A stretch of DNA of 64,000 bases from the NCBI GenBank assembly GCA_052327205.1, contig CM126207.1:46314001-46378000 (forward strand), written 5' to 3'. The translations under genes and the position numbers were made by a program. The stretch is from Somniosus microcephalus. Lineage: Eukaryota. Shown here piece by piece: positions 1 to 12,447 of the stretch (positions within the stretch are counted from its first letter, which is position 1; every line of letters starts with the position of its first letter). The notes under the pieces were generated by a model. The model ran no database searches. It had not been told where the DNA came from and worked only from the letters and a program-made list of their open reading frames with translations.

Positions 1-997
1 TACACGTCCAGTACTTCATTTATCCATTGAACTATGAAGGAAGCACCTCGCTCCTGAATTGAGTTGAAAATTCTATTTTATTTAGTTCAAAAAAATCAAT
101 ATCTATATGGAGTGCAAGAAGCCTAAGGGTCACAGTACTATTCTTGCCTCAAACCAAAAAGGCTAATCAGATTTTTTTTTTCTTGAGAAAACTATTAAGG
201 TTCCATTTATTTCTGTAATTCTACTTTAAAGAATTCACAGTATGCAGAGTACTGTTTCTGTAAACACAATACAAGTATGCATAGGATATTTTTACTTAAT
301 TATTTAAATGAACTGTTACCCTATTTCAAGCAAAGTTAGCGTAAGAAATGTCTGGCACACAAAATTAACACACAACTATAAACACCATTAATGATTAATC
401 TGGTATGTTAATTTTCCTTACTCATTGTTTAGAACTCAGATTGATATTTTGGTAGATTAGCAATCAATCAAGGGAGGTTTTTGGCAGATGATAAAAGTAT
501 GACAAATTATAAGTAAATACCATAACACACGCGAATTAATCTTCTACATTGTGCAGCTTGTTTTCTTCAAACCAATACTTAATTGTAATCCAATTATGGT
601 TTCTGTGTTTTGGAATGGGAACATTCACAAGAACGAGTAGATTGTACACATTTATTTATGTGTTATAGAAGAGTAACTCATTGTCTATTGCAAAGTAATT
701 CCTAGATGATTTTGTAGCCTTGATTTTCTAATCGGAGGTAAGCCTGACCATAAGTGGGGTAGTGTGAGAATAGCACCCACTCAACCCATAGTGTGCTGAC
801 CCAATGTATATTTTTGGAATCAGCATAATTTGAATAATGAGCTCCAATCATGGGAAACACTAGTATTTGGGAGTTTGCCTGTGACAGGGCCAGATATTTT
901 GCGCTGCTGCAGGATTTAAAGTCCTTTGCAGCTTATAAGGGCAGTCAGCATAACTTTGTCAATTTGGAATACAGTAAGCTGGTTCAGAAAAGTCAAT

Positions 998-1751
998 GGC
1001 CCAAATTTTGCTGTCAGCGGCAAGGGAACAGTGCTGGCCGTTCACCTCGAAAAAAGCTGCCCACGAAGCTTTAGTGGGCTCTAGAGCACAGATTTCCTCT
1101 TTTCCGGTGTCAGTTTGAATTCGGCGCCCTCAGCAGGGGATCTGTGGCGTCTGTGAACAGGTCAAGCAGCAGGGAGGCTGATCAACCAATCAGAGTGAAG
1201 AATCCTCACAGACAGCAAAGCAGGAAGTAAAAAACAGGAAATATAAATTACATTTAACTCATTGTTCAGAAAGTGAAATAAAGATTGGGACGTACACATG
1301 GGATTAAGGGAGAAACTTAAATAGAAAAACACAAAAACTTATTTTTTTTTAAAAAGAAATATTTTAATTTTTAAAAAATCTGCAACATTAATTTTCTTCT
1401 GACAGAATGAGACTTCATACTTGTAAAATTAATTTTTCAGGGTCGGAGAGGTTGTTCAGCAGTAATTATAACTTAGGATTGAACAAGGCTTAAGCTTTTC
1501 ATCAGTCTTTAGTGCGATAATAGTGGGTAATTAGTTTAAGTTCACGCCTTAGCAGTGATTTCTGTGCAGATTTCATCAGCAAAGACTGCAACAGTGCATC
1601 CTGTGGAGGAGCAGGATATCTCTGATAGCAACTCCCAGATTTCTGCGTTTAACTGCACATGTGCGGATGGGAGAAGTTGCTGTCAGCTTTACCCAGTAAT
1701 AACAGCGAGCGTTGACAGCCTCACTGTTATTAGTACAGCAAAATCCAGGCC
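998..1751 (+). mobile_element. Non-autonomous PIF/Harbinger-type MITE, ~750-bp family A, copy 1
   Basis: TIRs GGCCCAAATTTTGCTGT / ACAGCAAAATCCAGGCC; 3-bp TSD AAT at 995-997 and 1752-1754; internal sequence is homologous to 6166-6924, 38482-39245 and (inverted) 57881-58620. Confidence 0.85.
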
Positions 1752-1754
1752 AAT

Positions 1755-1998
1755 GTCTATATGGAGGGCAAGAAGCCTGAGAACAACCCATTTCTCCAAT
1801 GGGGCCATTGACATTTTCTTGGAGAAGGTGAGACAGAAGAGCCGTGCCCTTTTCAGCAGTGAGTACTAACGGTTCCAACACAGAGCAGCACAGGCAGAAT
1901 AGACGTGGTGTCCAACAGCTTAAATGCCATGAACAACATCCAGCATACCTGGAGGCAATGTAGGGAGAAATGTAACAACCATACCAGGGCAGCCAAGG
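1755..1998 (+). pseudogene. Decayed Myb/SANT-like DNA-binding protein exon of an old Harbinger transposon
   Basis: Translation RTTHFSNGAIDIFLEKVRQKSRALF, then WRQCREKCNNHTRAAK followed by a GT donor (aag|gtagg). This resembles the Harbinger Myb/SANT pattern R.FS..LE.L...V...R..LF ... W.QCRKKFNDL and the fragment at 26126-26305. Confidence 0.65.
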
Positions 1999-4007
1999 TA
2001 GGAGAACACACCATTACCTTCCATTAATACAGTGTATTTGGCATGAATCTGCCCAGCTAATGTAGCTAAATACTGCATGCAGATGTCATAAAACCCACGA
2101 AGGGATGAATGCTGACACTTGGGTATGAAGGCATGTCATTCTGAAAATTTGGAACTTTTCACCACTTCTACTTTGCTTGCAGGGGAAAGAAGCCCAAAAT
2201 AAAAGAGAAAGGACACCTACAGGAAGAGGCACCCCTAACATGTGGATAAGAACCAGGCCAGGCCCAGTACAACAGGAGCACCAGCACTTCACAGCATAGC
2301 ATTTCTTATTATCTCTCTCAAGCACCAACTCAGATAGAATGGGCCACAGGGGAGTTCAGTGGATGATGCAAATAGCATGAGTGAATGGCAAAAAAGGAGA
2401 AAGAACCTAATATCCAAAAGGCCAGCTTGCATTCCATTTGAGCTGATGAACTGAGGATCTGGACCTCACAGGACCTGCTTTTAAAAGGATGAGCATCAAG
2501 CATTGGTGCAGTCATTGGGGATCATACCAATCCGCAAGTTGCTGATGGTGACTTGGGTAGAGGAGTCCACTAGTTATGTATGTAGCTTTACATGATGGTT
2601 TTATAACTGCAGTCCACCATGGGAACTCCCTGCATCAAACACAAGCAATTAAATGAGGTATTGGAAGGCCTGCCAAGATCTTACGCACCATGACTGAGTA
2701 TGGAGGAGTCTGCTTCCAGCTCCTGTGGCATCCTGTTGCATGGCATCAGCACTCTACAGTCTATCTTAGAGTGTGGCCATCTTCAGGTACACTGCAGCTG
2801 GGCCCTTACATCAGGAGTCTGTGTTACCTGCCTTTGTAGATTTGATGGAAACTCAAACCGTTTCCATCCAGACTCTATGCTCCAATATGTGCTCCGCCTT
2901 GGAAAGACTTGTGGATCACATGTGGAGGAACTTTCAAGGCATCACTCATCTCCAACAGTCTGTTCTCCCGGAGACCAGTGGGATTGGAATCAGCATGTGT
3001 TGCTCTCTCTCAGGATAGCAGCACGCCTTTTCCCTCACTACCCTCATGCCAGGCCTTCTGATATTTTGAGTTAAAAACTCATCACATTGCTCTGATCTGC
3101 ATGTGTTTATGAGGCAATGGTTGCCTTGGCCACCTAAGAAAGAAAGGAACAGTTACAGGGACAGTGGGTGGGAATCAAGCAGATACAGGGTGGTAAGTTT
3201 ACAGAGGCAATTTTAACTGTGCAGTCTCCTAAAATCACCCCGATAATGTTTCCTCGTTGCAGGGCCAGTTCAGCCCACTTGTTGTTGGTGACCTTCTATT
3301 CCTGCTGGTCCATACAACTGGAACAAACACCAATGTTTTCAAGGAGCAGCAGCCCTTTATGAGCTGCTGCTCTTTTGATTCTCCACCCATTTCATTCATT
3401 GAATTCCTTGTGCTCATAAAAGCATGCAGGGAGCACATGCTGATTATTAAAATGAGCTGCTCTTGCTGAAGGCGCTGGGGTCACTTCCCCACTCCCCATG
3501 CACAAGACATCCTAATGCCATTTTGTGTTACCAGCCCCGGAGTTCCTTCAGAACACAAGGTACAGTTCTAGAAAATCACAACACATTTGTACAACATGGC
3601 AAAGATCTGGGATGAAGGGTGGGAAACCTTGTTTCAACAGTGATTTGTTTCAGCAGCTTGTGTCATTTAGTTCTGAAAGTGATCAGTTATTGTAAGAAAC
3701 GTGTTGTGACTAAGTGCAGGTACCCTTTCCTGGCACACAATAATTATACTCAAAACTAAGTACGTAATGAAAATTCAAGTGGTTTGAACTTTTGAAGATT
3801 GTTCAAAATTTAAACAGTAATCCACACTTCTACGGTACTTACATTTGTGTTATATATTCTATGCTGTCACCTTAGAAAGCCATGCAGATTTATTGAATTA
3901 ACAATTTCAATGTTTTCCTAAATGCTACCACCTGTGTAGTTTTAGAAGACCAGAACAAATATGACAGGTTTTAGAGAATTTGCATTTTCCATCACTAAAT
4001 ATGAAAT

Positions 4008-4361
4008 TGTGGCGGAGCCACCAGGGGATTCAGGACAATTGTTTATAATTCCTTTAACAGCAATGTAGTGCAACCGGGGGCTGCACCTTTAATGTATCTG
4101 TTAACTGTACTATGGCTTCTTTCCTTTACTCCGCATGATGACGTTATGCCGCCCGTCACGTGATCCCCCAACGGCGGGAAGAACGTGATGACGTCAGTGC
4201 TCGGAACATTCTAGCAGTTCTAGAGAGGCTTTCAACCAGACCAGACCTATTTGCATTGTAACCAGCAGTTTACTGTTTAACTTCGTTTGTTCATTAAATT
4301 TTATTGTTTTTGATTCTCTGCGTCGATCTCAATTCTTCAGCTAGGAACCTCCGTTCCTACA
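4008..4361 (+). mobile_element. Solo LTR (Gypsy/ERV-like)
   Basis: TGT...ACA termini with an imperfect terminal inverted repeat (TGTGGCGGAG / CTCCGTTCCTACA); 4-bp TSD AAAT at 4004-4007 and 4362-4365; CpG-rich U3-like part; ATTAAA at ~4293. Confidence 0.8.
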
Positions 4362-5064
4362 AAATTACATTTTATACAATTTGAATTTCTAAGTCACATC
4401 CCAGAGCCAGGAAGAAATAGAATCCTGTAAAAGTTTGACAGGCACTTAATGGTTGGTGTTCTGTAATCTGCTTGGAAACTTAATGACAAGGTTCTTAATT
4501 TTACTTTAATAGGAATTTATTTTTTTACTTGCAAATGCTTACAAATGTTAATATATGTATATTTCCTAAAGTTCATGGGAGATGAGATTTCTTCCATTCT
4601 TCATTACTATTAACCCATAGAGATTGCCAACCAAATGCACCACTCAATTTCATATTGAGTCTGCATATTCAGTCTGCAGTCAGCCTGCAATTTTTCTACC
4701 GATTCACTTTCATGGGTGGAAAATCATGGGCTGGCGAGTGCATAAGCGGAATTTATACCCATTGTGTGTCTGTATACATATATGCCATGTAAATGTCTGA
4801 TATGAAATAAATGAAAGTAGTATATTTATCTTCTGTGATTGGACATCTCGTATTAACTGTCAACATTCAGTGTATGCCATTTAGACTTGGGGATTCTGGT
4901 TCTAACTTCCATGCACAGGAAGTCCTGATATTTACCTGATATCCATGAGCACTTCCCACTGTAAGTCATTGGGTCAGTTTTTTCCTAGCCTGGGGATACT
5001 TGAGTCCAGTTGCAGTGCCTCTTTACAGCCCCAGATGAGAAAAGAAGTACAGGGTACTTGCATT

Positions 5065-5420
5065 TGTGTAACACCTTATGACTTTTTTTTAGAAACATCC
5101 CAAAGTACTACAGAAACAATTAAGTATTTTAAAGTGGAGCAAATATTATTTTATAGACAAACCCAGTAGCCAATTTGCACATGGCAAGATCCTACAAAGA
5201 GCAATCGAATGAATGGCCAGTTAATTTGTTTTGGTTGAAGGAGGAATGTTGGGCAGGTGTCTGAAAGAGCCTCCTGCTCTTCTTTGAACAGTATCATGGG
5301 ATCCTTCATGTCCACCTAAACCATAGGAACAGGCAAACAAGACCTTGTTTTAATGTCTTAGCCGAAGGACTACATCTGCAGCACATACTCAATACTGTAC
5401 TGGGGTGTCAGCCTAAATTT
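5065..5420 (-). mobile_element. Deu-domain SINE (SacSINE1-like), diverged
   Basis: Reverse complement of the Deu core (gtagccaatttgcacatggcaagatcctacaaa); homologous to 35785-36150 and 57555-57770. Confidence 0.7.
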
Positions 5421-5424
5421 TGAT

Positions 5425-5525
5425 CAACTAACTCAGCATGAACTGAGGATTAAATGTGAAAGCTTTCTGCTCTGTATGACTCTGCTTTCACCCATGTCGT
5501 GTAGTTGCCCACTGATCCATCAAAG
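5425..5525 (-). mobile_element. tRNA-like head of an AmnSINE2-like SINE
   Basis: aactcagca...ctctgtatgactc...cactgatccat matches the head seen at 17560-17648 and 57455-57535. Confidence 0.45.
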
Positions 5526-5669
5526 CAGCCCTTTTTAAACAAATAGACACCTGTTTACTTGCTTTTAAAGGTAAGGAGGTGCTGAGATGACAAGAAACCA
5601 CTTGAAATCCCATCCACTGCCTAATATGCCTTAGGGACATTTAAGAAACTCTTATGTCATAAGAGCATT

Positions 5670-5910
5670 ATCAATAAAAACATTTTTGACACCGAGCCAC
5701 AGAAGGAGATATCAGGACAGATGACCAAAAGCTTGTTTAGAGAGGTAGGTTTTAAGGAGAATCTTAAAGGAGGAGAGAGAAGTAGAGAGGTTTGGGGAGG
5801 GAATTCCAGAGCTTAGGGTCAAGGCAGCTGAAAGCAAGGCTGCCAACGGCGGAGTAATTAAAATCGGGGTTGCGCAAGAGGCCAGAATTGGAGGAGTGCA
5901 GAAATGTCAA
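5670..5910 (-). mobile_element. L2 LINE 3' fragment
   Basis: Nearly collinear with 42810-43035 (gacaccgagccac...gatgaccaaaagcttg...gaggccagaattggaggag). Confidence 0.8.
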
Positions 5911-5919
5911 ATGATTGAA

Positions 5920-6069
5920 TCTGGTAAGTACCTGAAGGAAATATATTTGCAGGGCTACGGGGAAATGGCAGGGGAGTGGGACTCGCTGATGTGCTCTTGC
6001 AGAGAGCTGGCATGGGCTCGACAGGCCGAATGGCCTCCTTCCATGCTGTAACCATTCTATGATTCTATG
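5920..6069 (+). mobile_element. CR1 LINE 3' tail
   Basis: ggccgaatggcctcct...ctgtaacc followed by (ATTCTATG)2, the CR1 terminal octamer repeat. Confidence 0.8.
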
Positions 6070-6165
6070 TCGAGTTACACACTTAACACCTCAGATTCTG
6101 AGGCTTCTCTTTTTAAAGCTGCAAATGTTTTGTGAATTGTATCATTTTAAAATGCTATATTTATT

Positions 6166-6924
6166 GGCCCAGAATTTGCGGTCAGCGGCGAAGCAACGGC
6201 GCTTGCCGCTGACCTTGAAGAAAGCTGCACGCAAAGATCTAGCGATCTCAGTGGCGTGAATTTCAGTTCTCCTGACCTTAGCTTGGATCTGACGGCACAT
6301 CGAGCAAATCTCCAGTGTCCAGCAACAGTGATGTCATCAAGCTGGCCAAGCAGCCAATCACATTGAAGAATTCTCACAGATAGCAAACCAGGAAGTAAAA
6401 TGCACAGATTAAAATTTATTTTTTATAAATTTTACAGAGAGCGAATTAAAGATTGGGACATACACATAGGATTAAGGTAGAAGCTGAAATATCATAAACA
6501 AACTTTAAAAAAAATGATTATATTAAAAGTCATGTAATTCTCATCACATTAATGGAAAAATTTGACATTCCACAAATATAAAATTAGCTTTTCAGAGCCA
6601 GAACGGTTGTTCAGTAGTCAATACACCGTTAAAAACCCAATTACATCTCTTTTAACAAGGCTTAACTTTTTCAGGGGGGGTTTAACAGTGATATTCCAGC
6701 GTAATAGGCAAAGTTTTAGCAGGAACTGTGATTTGAATTGATTGCCAGCTCTGGGAAGTTCCACAGCGTAACCTGTGAAGGAGCAGGGAATGACTAACAG
6801 CAGCCTCTGGATTTCCATGTTTATCAGTGCATGCGCTGACTCCAGAAGTTGCTGTCACTTTCAGAGGAGTAATGACGGTGAATGCTGACAGTTTTGCCAT
6901 CATTACCACTGTAAAATCTGGGCC
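6166..6924 (+). mobile_element. Harbinger-type MITE family A, copy 2
   Basis: TIRs GGCCCAGAATTTGC / GTAAAATCTGGGCC; collinear with 998-1751 and the reverse complement of 57881-58620. Confidence 0.85.
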
Positions 6925-7227
6925 TCTTTTTCGTATTTATATTCTATCCAGGCCACTTTTGGTAGTACTGCTGACACCATTGCAATTTACATTAACTTTC
7001 ACTGATACCAACATTGTATCATAAAGCATTGTACAGTTTAAAAAAAGGCACCGGAATAACCATAGGTTCCCATTTAGTCTACAACTTGGAATTCAATCCA
7101 TAATCAATCCTACCTTCTCCATTTGTAGTATATTGCAGCTGGATGCTAACTTGTGGTGATTCTACTAATTCAGATCGATTTCAAAAAACACGTAAGTAAC
7201 AAAATAAGAAAGTTAGGGAGAACTTAT

Positions 7228-7560
7228 GGTGCACTAGGTTAGCACACTGTCCTTTCATGTGTGGGAGTTGGGTTTGAATCCAGCACAGGATAAGATGAAA
7301 GTCTCCTTTATCTGTGCTAGCTACAAGGTTCCTTTATCAAATGAATTTGGGTAGTCTTTACCCTAGTTCCATGACCCCCATAGTGGAAAATTGCCCTAAT
7401 TTGACACTAATTTGGTTATCAGAGATTCCACAAGGATTGATGATTTGGGAAATGAAAACATCACAATAATGCTGGCGATGGTCTTCTGAGGATGGATTTT
7501 GGGGATCAGAGTAGCAAGAGCTCCATTTTGCATCCAACCTTTGCTACATCTGGTCAAAAG
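7228..7560 (+). mobile_element. LF-SINE-like tRNA-derived SINE
   Basis: Head ggtgcactaggttagcacactgtcctttca...ggtttgaatccagc, then aaatgaatttgggtagtct...ctagttcc...gacactaatttgg. These blocks match the recalled LF-SINE consensus order; a second copy lies at 58632-59205. Confidence 0.55.
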
Positions 7561-9039
7561 TGTTTGAAGCTGACTCTGGATATCTGAAGTGAGTTAGTGT
7601 TAGATTTCCCAGTGCACATTGACACTAGTACCTTGATAAGCCTAAAAATTCATCCCCAAAATGGGGAATAGATAAAAATGGAAAATATAAGACCATTCAG
7701 TCCAAACAGCTCACCTCATTGTTTAAATCAAGAATCCACACAGCTCTCTCCTACTTTAGCACTAAATCCTAACCCCTCAATTTCCTGCTAGATCGTGTAA
7801 GATAAGAAACCACCATTCAAATTTAGCACCTGAATTGATTTTACCCAGCAAACCTTGATTGTAAATGTGCAAGACTATAAGTATTTTGACTAAAATTGAC
7901 AATAGTTAAAATATACATTGCAAAAATGCTGTAGATTTCAATTTAAGTCGCTTTTGACTAATCTATAGATTATATGGAGGCAGAGCATGTCTAGCAATCA
8001 ATTTTTGCATCATTTTGCACTCAAGCATTGTAAAGGTCTAGCTAAATTGTAAAAATTAATTAGCTATATAAATGCCTGAAATGTGCTATTGTCGTGGTAC
8101 CTTTTGTAAAATTTGTTATTTTTTTGATGAAATCGCTTTACTTAATCATTTAAAATATTTCTGATCACTGAATTAATAGTTTTGCAGCCTGTTTTCAGAT
8201 ATTCATTGACATAGGTGATTGCCTCTTAATTACTACACTGCCCTTACTCCATTCATTCTTATTAATTCATGTTTTTTTGGCACAGTCCCAAAAGGCAGCC
8301 TTTCCCTATATCTTCTAATTACTTCTGTAATTGAATTTGCCCACTTTTTCCAACCTATTTTTTAAAGTGACTGTGTTTGTTCATGGGTTTATTGTCTCTC
8401 TTTGTGTCTGCTCAGTTCAGACAGAGCATACATTGATTCCTTTCTCATTTCTCATTAATTTTCCAGGGTCTTGCAGTGTGTCTGTTTCTCACCCTGTCAA
8501 ATTGAATGTTTGAGAAAAATAAGGGCCTGCTTATTAAAGGTTAGGCAAAACAGACTGAAGTTAATTAATTCATTAGTAACTCTAAGCCAATTACTGTAGC
8601 CCTCTCTTATTTTTACACTTGTTAACGAGCCAGAGATGGGAAGAGCTAATTAAACAGACATTTATTTATGTCAAGAATCATATAAAAATTGCCCAGTGGG
8701 GGTTGTTTACATTTATACTTATAAATCAGCTTTGGAACAGTTTTCATAATGGCTTGGAAAGAGCAACTCCCATATAAAAGATGGCTTCAGGGGTTAGGTA
8801 CATTGTCGGAGGCTAAAACATTTGGTATGCATCAGTGCCTTTTAATTATGGTGTTCTACAATCAAATCCAACATGGGAATGGCTGAATTTTTTTTAAAGT
8901 CACTGAAGATTGTTAACAATCACAAGTGAAATGAGCACAGAGCCTCAGATAGATCACAGTGGATAAGACTTCAAAAGAGTGTGTATGATGGCTCTTTAAC
9001 TGCTGGGACCATGGAACTGTTATGACAAGGAAGAAAACC

Positions 9040-9157
9040 AATAGGATATAAGGACAGGCATTCTGGAGTTTTAGCTTGTGTGGAGCATGAACACCAGCAT
9101 GGACCAGTTGGGCCGAATGGCCTGTTCCTGTGCTGTACATTCTATGTAAAAAAAAAA
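9040..9157 (+). mobile_element. CR1-type 3' tail
   Basis: gggccgaatggcctgttcctgtgctgtacattctatgt followed by an A run. Confidence 0.7.
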
Positions 9158-9211
9158 AGCACTTTTTTACTAGATCACTTCTTTTCTATTTAGCCCAGTT
9201 AAATATCAGTG

Positions 9212-11107
9212 AAGATAGAATTTTACAGCCTAGGAGATGGCCATTCGGCCCATCACACCTCTGCCAGATCTCTGAAAGAGCTGTACACTTAGTCCTGTTC
9301 CTCATTTCCCATGCCCTTTAAAAATTTTCTTTTTCAAATACTTGTCCATTTCCCTTTTAAAAGAGATATCGGGCTGGATTTTCATTCAGAAGTCGGGAAG
9401 GAGGCGGGACTACAACTTTTGGGTTTTAGTCCTGCCTCCATCGAGATGTGGCCAATCCACACGATTTTCCCTTGATTGACCTTGTTGAGCCCGCCCAGCG
9501 GGCTCAGCAGGCCAATTAAGGGCCACCCGGCAACAGGTGACGTCACAGACTGAAATTTCATCTGTCAAGACGTGCTGACAGATGAAATATCAGTGTTTCA
9601 CAGCTGTTTGAAGCTGTCAAACACTGACAGTCTTACTTCTAACCTGAGTCCTTCTACGCAGACTCAGTTAGAAATCTCGCCGGCACTGAAAGCTGAAGGC
9701 TGTCACTTTTGACAGCTCGCGGCCATTCTGCTTTCTGTGCCGGCTGAATGATGGACTCCCGAAGCCTAGAGGAAGGAAGGCTTTAAAGGTAAGTACAGGT
9801 AATTTAAACCTCTTTACACACTTTAGACACACCAAACACACTTACCTATGCACTCATCACTCACCGGAACACCGACATCTCGACCCCCTCCAAGTCCTTC
9901 AACCCAATGGCCCGCCTCCTCTAACCTGGCGTGGTTTGGAGCTGTCGGGAATCCCACACGACACCCTTCAAAATAGGGATTAGGCTAAAAACTGCCTGTT
10001 AACTACCTGTTAACAGGCAGTTAATTGGCACTAATCCCTTCCCGCCTCGGGTCGGTGGGTCCCAGTGCGGGGCGGGTACCCGCCTCCTTTGAAACTTACG
10101 TGGAGGTGGGTTTTGGGCGGGATGGTGTCGGGACCCCCGAATTCGGGATTTTTGCCCCCCCGCACGCCTAAAAGCCCGCCTCACGGCACACTGAAAATCG
10201 ACCCCATGGGTTCTGCTTCCACTATTTCTGGTAGGACATTTTATCCCAACAGCCCTCTGCATGAAACAAACTTCTCCTAACATCTCTCTTCATTGTTTTG
10301 GTGATAATCTTAAATTTGTGCCCTTTAAATTCACCGATTCACCAAAACATTTTTCCCAATTTACTTTATTAAAATATCTTATAAATTTGAATACCTCTAT
10401 TAGATCTCTTAAACTCCTTTGCGCTAATGAAAAGAGCCCCAGTTTCTCTAGTCTTTCCACATAATTAAATCTCTTCTGCATCCTCTCTCTAACTTTGATA
10501 TTCTAAAGTAAGACACCCAAAACTCAACACAGTGGACTAACTGTGGCCTAACCAATGATTTATATAGCTTTAGCAAGACCTCTTTGCTTTTGTATGCTAT
10601 GCTCCTGTTTATAAAACCTAGGATCCATATATGCTTTTTTAACAGCTTTATCACTTTTAAAGAAATGTGTGCATCTGAACTACTACTCCTTTTAAAGTTT
10701 TACTATTGGTGTATATGTCCTCTCCTTACGTTTTCTTCTAAAATGTATTAACCTCACATTTCTCTGCTTTAAATTTCATCTGATATCTATCTGCCCAATC
10801 TACTAACTTATCCTGAAGTTATTTGTGGTCCTCCTCACAGTTAACTGCACTCACTATTTTTGTGTTGTCAGAAAATGTTGATATTATACCCCCAAACCCA
10901 AGTCCAGATCATTTATTAAACAGCAACAATCCCAACACTGAGCTCTGTGGGACACCACTGTTTATATCCCTCCGGCCCAAAAAACATCTATTAACCACTA
11001 GTCTCTGTTTTCTTTAACCAACTTCTTGTCTATGCTGTCATAGTCCCTTTAATACTGTGTGCTTTACTTTTACCAAAAGGTGTCCTATGTAGCACCTTAT
11101 CAAATGC
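9212..11107 (-). mobile_element. CR1 LINE 3' part (RT C-terminal region), interrupted by the MITE at 9371-10205
   Basis: Minus-strand ORF pieces ILGFINRSIAYKSKEVLLKLYKSLVRPQL..CVEFW and YVERLEKLGLFSLAQRSLRDLIEVFK are CR1 ORF2 motifs; the 3' tail starts at ~9212 and the element resumes at 10206. Confidence 0.85.
9371..10205 (+). mobile_element. Harbinger-type non-autonomous element, CpG-rich and relatively young
   Basis: TIRs GGGCTGGATTTTCA / TGAAAATCGACCCC; imperfect TSD ATC/ATG; subterminal (c)ccgcc motifs as in 25853-28318; cleanly splits a CR1. Confidence 0.8.
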
Positions 11108-11281
11108 AAATTAACTGAGCGTTCATGAAGTTCCACATATACACTGTGCATAACAATTTCTCTTGCTGTTTGGGAGTTAGTTGGGTTCTTTACTAATCAA
11201 ATTCAATAGTCCACCAAACATTTTGGTAGTATAAGTTGTGAAATCTGAATAAAAGCATATCTTAATTTGATCTTTCCAACT

Positions 11282-11586
11282 GGGGGTGGAACTTTTTCGC
11301 ACACGTGACACTAACTTGGTGAAAATCCATTACAAAGTAGGAGCACTTTGGTATAAATTTCCGAGTTAGCAGCCCCAGTGCAGAGATTTGGGTAACAAGA
11401 TCGCAAATTGTGATTATTGGACATGGAAGTCAGCGCACCTGATTTGCAGCCCTAATGAATTTCCATCCCATTAAGAATTTTATAGAAGGGAAAATTGTGT
11501 GGGTGTGAATCAGGATCCTGAACTCCATGCCTGAAATCCCAATATGCACTCCCAAGATACACAGCTCTGCACCATAAATTTTGCCC
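11282..11586. mobile_element. Old short Harbinger-like MITE (tentative)
   Basis: Ends gggggtggaactttt / ataaattttgccc resemble degenerate TIRs of the same class. Confidence 0.3.
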
Positions 11587-12089
11587 AACATCTGTATTTG
11601 CACCCCTGTGCTCTGCAATATTTTTAATTTCTTCCGATATATTAGTCAGTGCATTTGTTTTACTATGATGGTATGTTAGTGAACATCAGAAGCAGAGCAA
11701 AAATTATAGAATTAAAACAAGAAAAGTCCATTAAGTTCAGCAAGTTCATCACTTTTTCACTACCCCCAACTTCGCTTACCCATAATCTCAACATGGGGTA
11801 GATGTAGGTTTAGTAAACTTGTTCTTTATAAACAGATTGACAATTTGTTACAGCGAGTCAACAGAGGAAATCTTTTCCCCCCATATTCCTCAATCATTTC
11901 TCTCACTAGAAACAAGTCTAATTATCTGTTGAACCCAGTTTTATCCTATTGGCTTCCCAGGTAAATTGTTCTGGAAGGCTGTTACCCTTTATGTAAAAAA
12001 AAAAAAGTTCCATCTCTATTCTCTTCTTTCTCTTAACTGCCCCTTGTAATTGATCAATTTTTCATACTTTTGTCACAGGGAGTTGTTCG

Positions 12090-12280
12090 GGTTTTTACTG
12101 TCCAGAGAATTTGATAATAGATCAAGGGACAGGCAAAGAAGAACCTGGCTGGATGATGTGCTGGAATGGGCAGAAGTGGAGTGGCCTGGCTGGCATGTTT
12201 TAGAGTGGAGAAGATGCGTAAAAAGAGCAAGAACAGTAATAACCTTCCTGTGGTTGGGTGACCAGAATGGCACATAGCAC
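12090..12280 (+). mobile_element. RTE-clade LINE 3' remnant
   Basis: ORF 12050-12277 contains NRSRDRQRRTWLDDVLEWAE...EWRRCV, similar to the RTE C-terminal G.R.RGRQR.RWLD.I..W ... WR..V motif. Confidence 0.6.
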
Positions 12281-12447
12281 TCCAGATGATAGCTGGACCA
12301 ACACTTTATACAACAATACAACCTTTTTGATTAGTACTCAGTCCTGTTAATTATGTGCTACATATCTGTTTCCTTTTAAAAGAAATAAAATAAAGTGGAT
12401 AAATGGTTGCTTTGGATTCCTGGTGAAACAAAGACTGGAATTGGTGC

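Larger units (their letters stand above)
717..3580. mobile_element. Old, heavily decayed Harbinger element hosting the 998-1751 MITE (boundaries approximate)
   Basis: Harbinger-like left end (gccttgattttc at ~717), the Myb/SANT remnant at 1755-1998, and coding-like decayed sequence at 2500-3450 (MEESASS...). Right end is uncertain. Confidence 0.35.

Noticed and set aside
7228-7290. tRNA genes at SINE heads (also 55470-55530 and 57455-57535)
   Set aside because: Only degenerate A/B-box-like heads that continue into SINE bodies; no cloverleaf.
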